Part shown: piece after piece, positions 37,414-37,629 of the stretch
Numbering within the stretch: the stretch's first letter is position 1
Layout of the letters: each line of letters starts with the position of its first letter
Assembly: GCA_016192455.1 (NCBI GenBank)
Contig: JACPUC010000021.1
Span: 62,001 to 99,629 of the forward strand
Source of the DNA: Candidatus Tectimicrobiota bacterium
Lineage (GTDB): Bacteria; JACPUC01
Length of the DNA: 37,629 nt
Direction: 5' to 3'
Program-made: the position numbers and the translations under genes
Notes under the pieces: generated by a model
Databases searched by the model: none
The model's input: the letters and a program-made list of their open reading frames with translations, nothing else
What the model was told of the DNA's origin: nothing

Positions 37414-37629
37414 CTGGGCCAACGAGGCGTCTACCCCGCGGCGCAGCCGCTTTTCAGGTTGATCTTTCAGGGGAGGGATGGGAGTGCTCCTAGGAGCCTG
37501 TCGGGGTAATGGTTACCGGCAGGGGTGATAGGTCAGGGTGCGGGGTCGTCGTCCTGGTGCGTCGGGTTCAGGAAGCTGGACGACGCCTGCCTGCCCGCAG
37601 GCGCCTGTCTGCGTCAACGCCCAGGCAGA

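Overview
GC-rich bacterial chromosomal segment. Its gene content resembles a Deltaproteobacteria/Nitrospinota/Tectomicrobia-type organism, but that placement is inference only. The centre is a long minus-strand housekeeping run: tig-clpP-clpX, tRNA-Val(GAC), thrS-infC-rpmI-rplT-pheS-pheT, zapB-like, zapA, [~860-bp non-coding gap], rny, ymdB, VIT1. The left flank holds a truncated homocysteine S-methyltransferase missed by the ORF track, a degenerate methyltransferase, two tandem NMT1/THI5-type binding proteins, a NUDIX hydrolase, an LLM oxidoreductase, an ICL/PEP-mutase enzyme and a HEAT/TPR protein. The right flank holds a glutamate formimidoyltransferase, small proteins, a methyltransferase, DUF362, a ferredoxin-MBL fusion, nfnAB-like genes, oah/bamA, a TenA-family protein and a flavin reductase. 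I found no CRISPR array, rRNA, prophage or intact transposase. The most striking observation is non-coding: the zapA-rny gap, where 6S RNA normally lies, holds a nested set of long-range inverted repeats spanning about 550-700 nt around a 6S-sized rod, suggesting an unusually large structured RNA. Two further candidate structured RNAs lie at 5259-5346 and 33676-33801. All pairings were found by eye and need computational confirmation.
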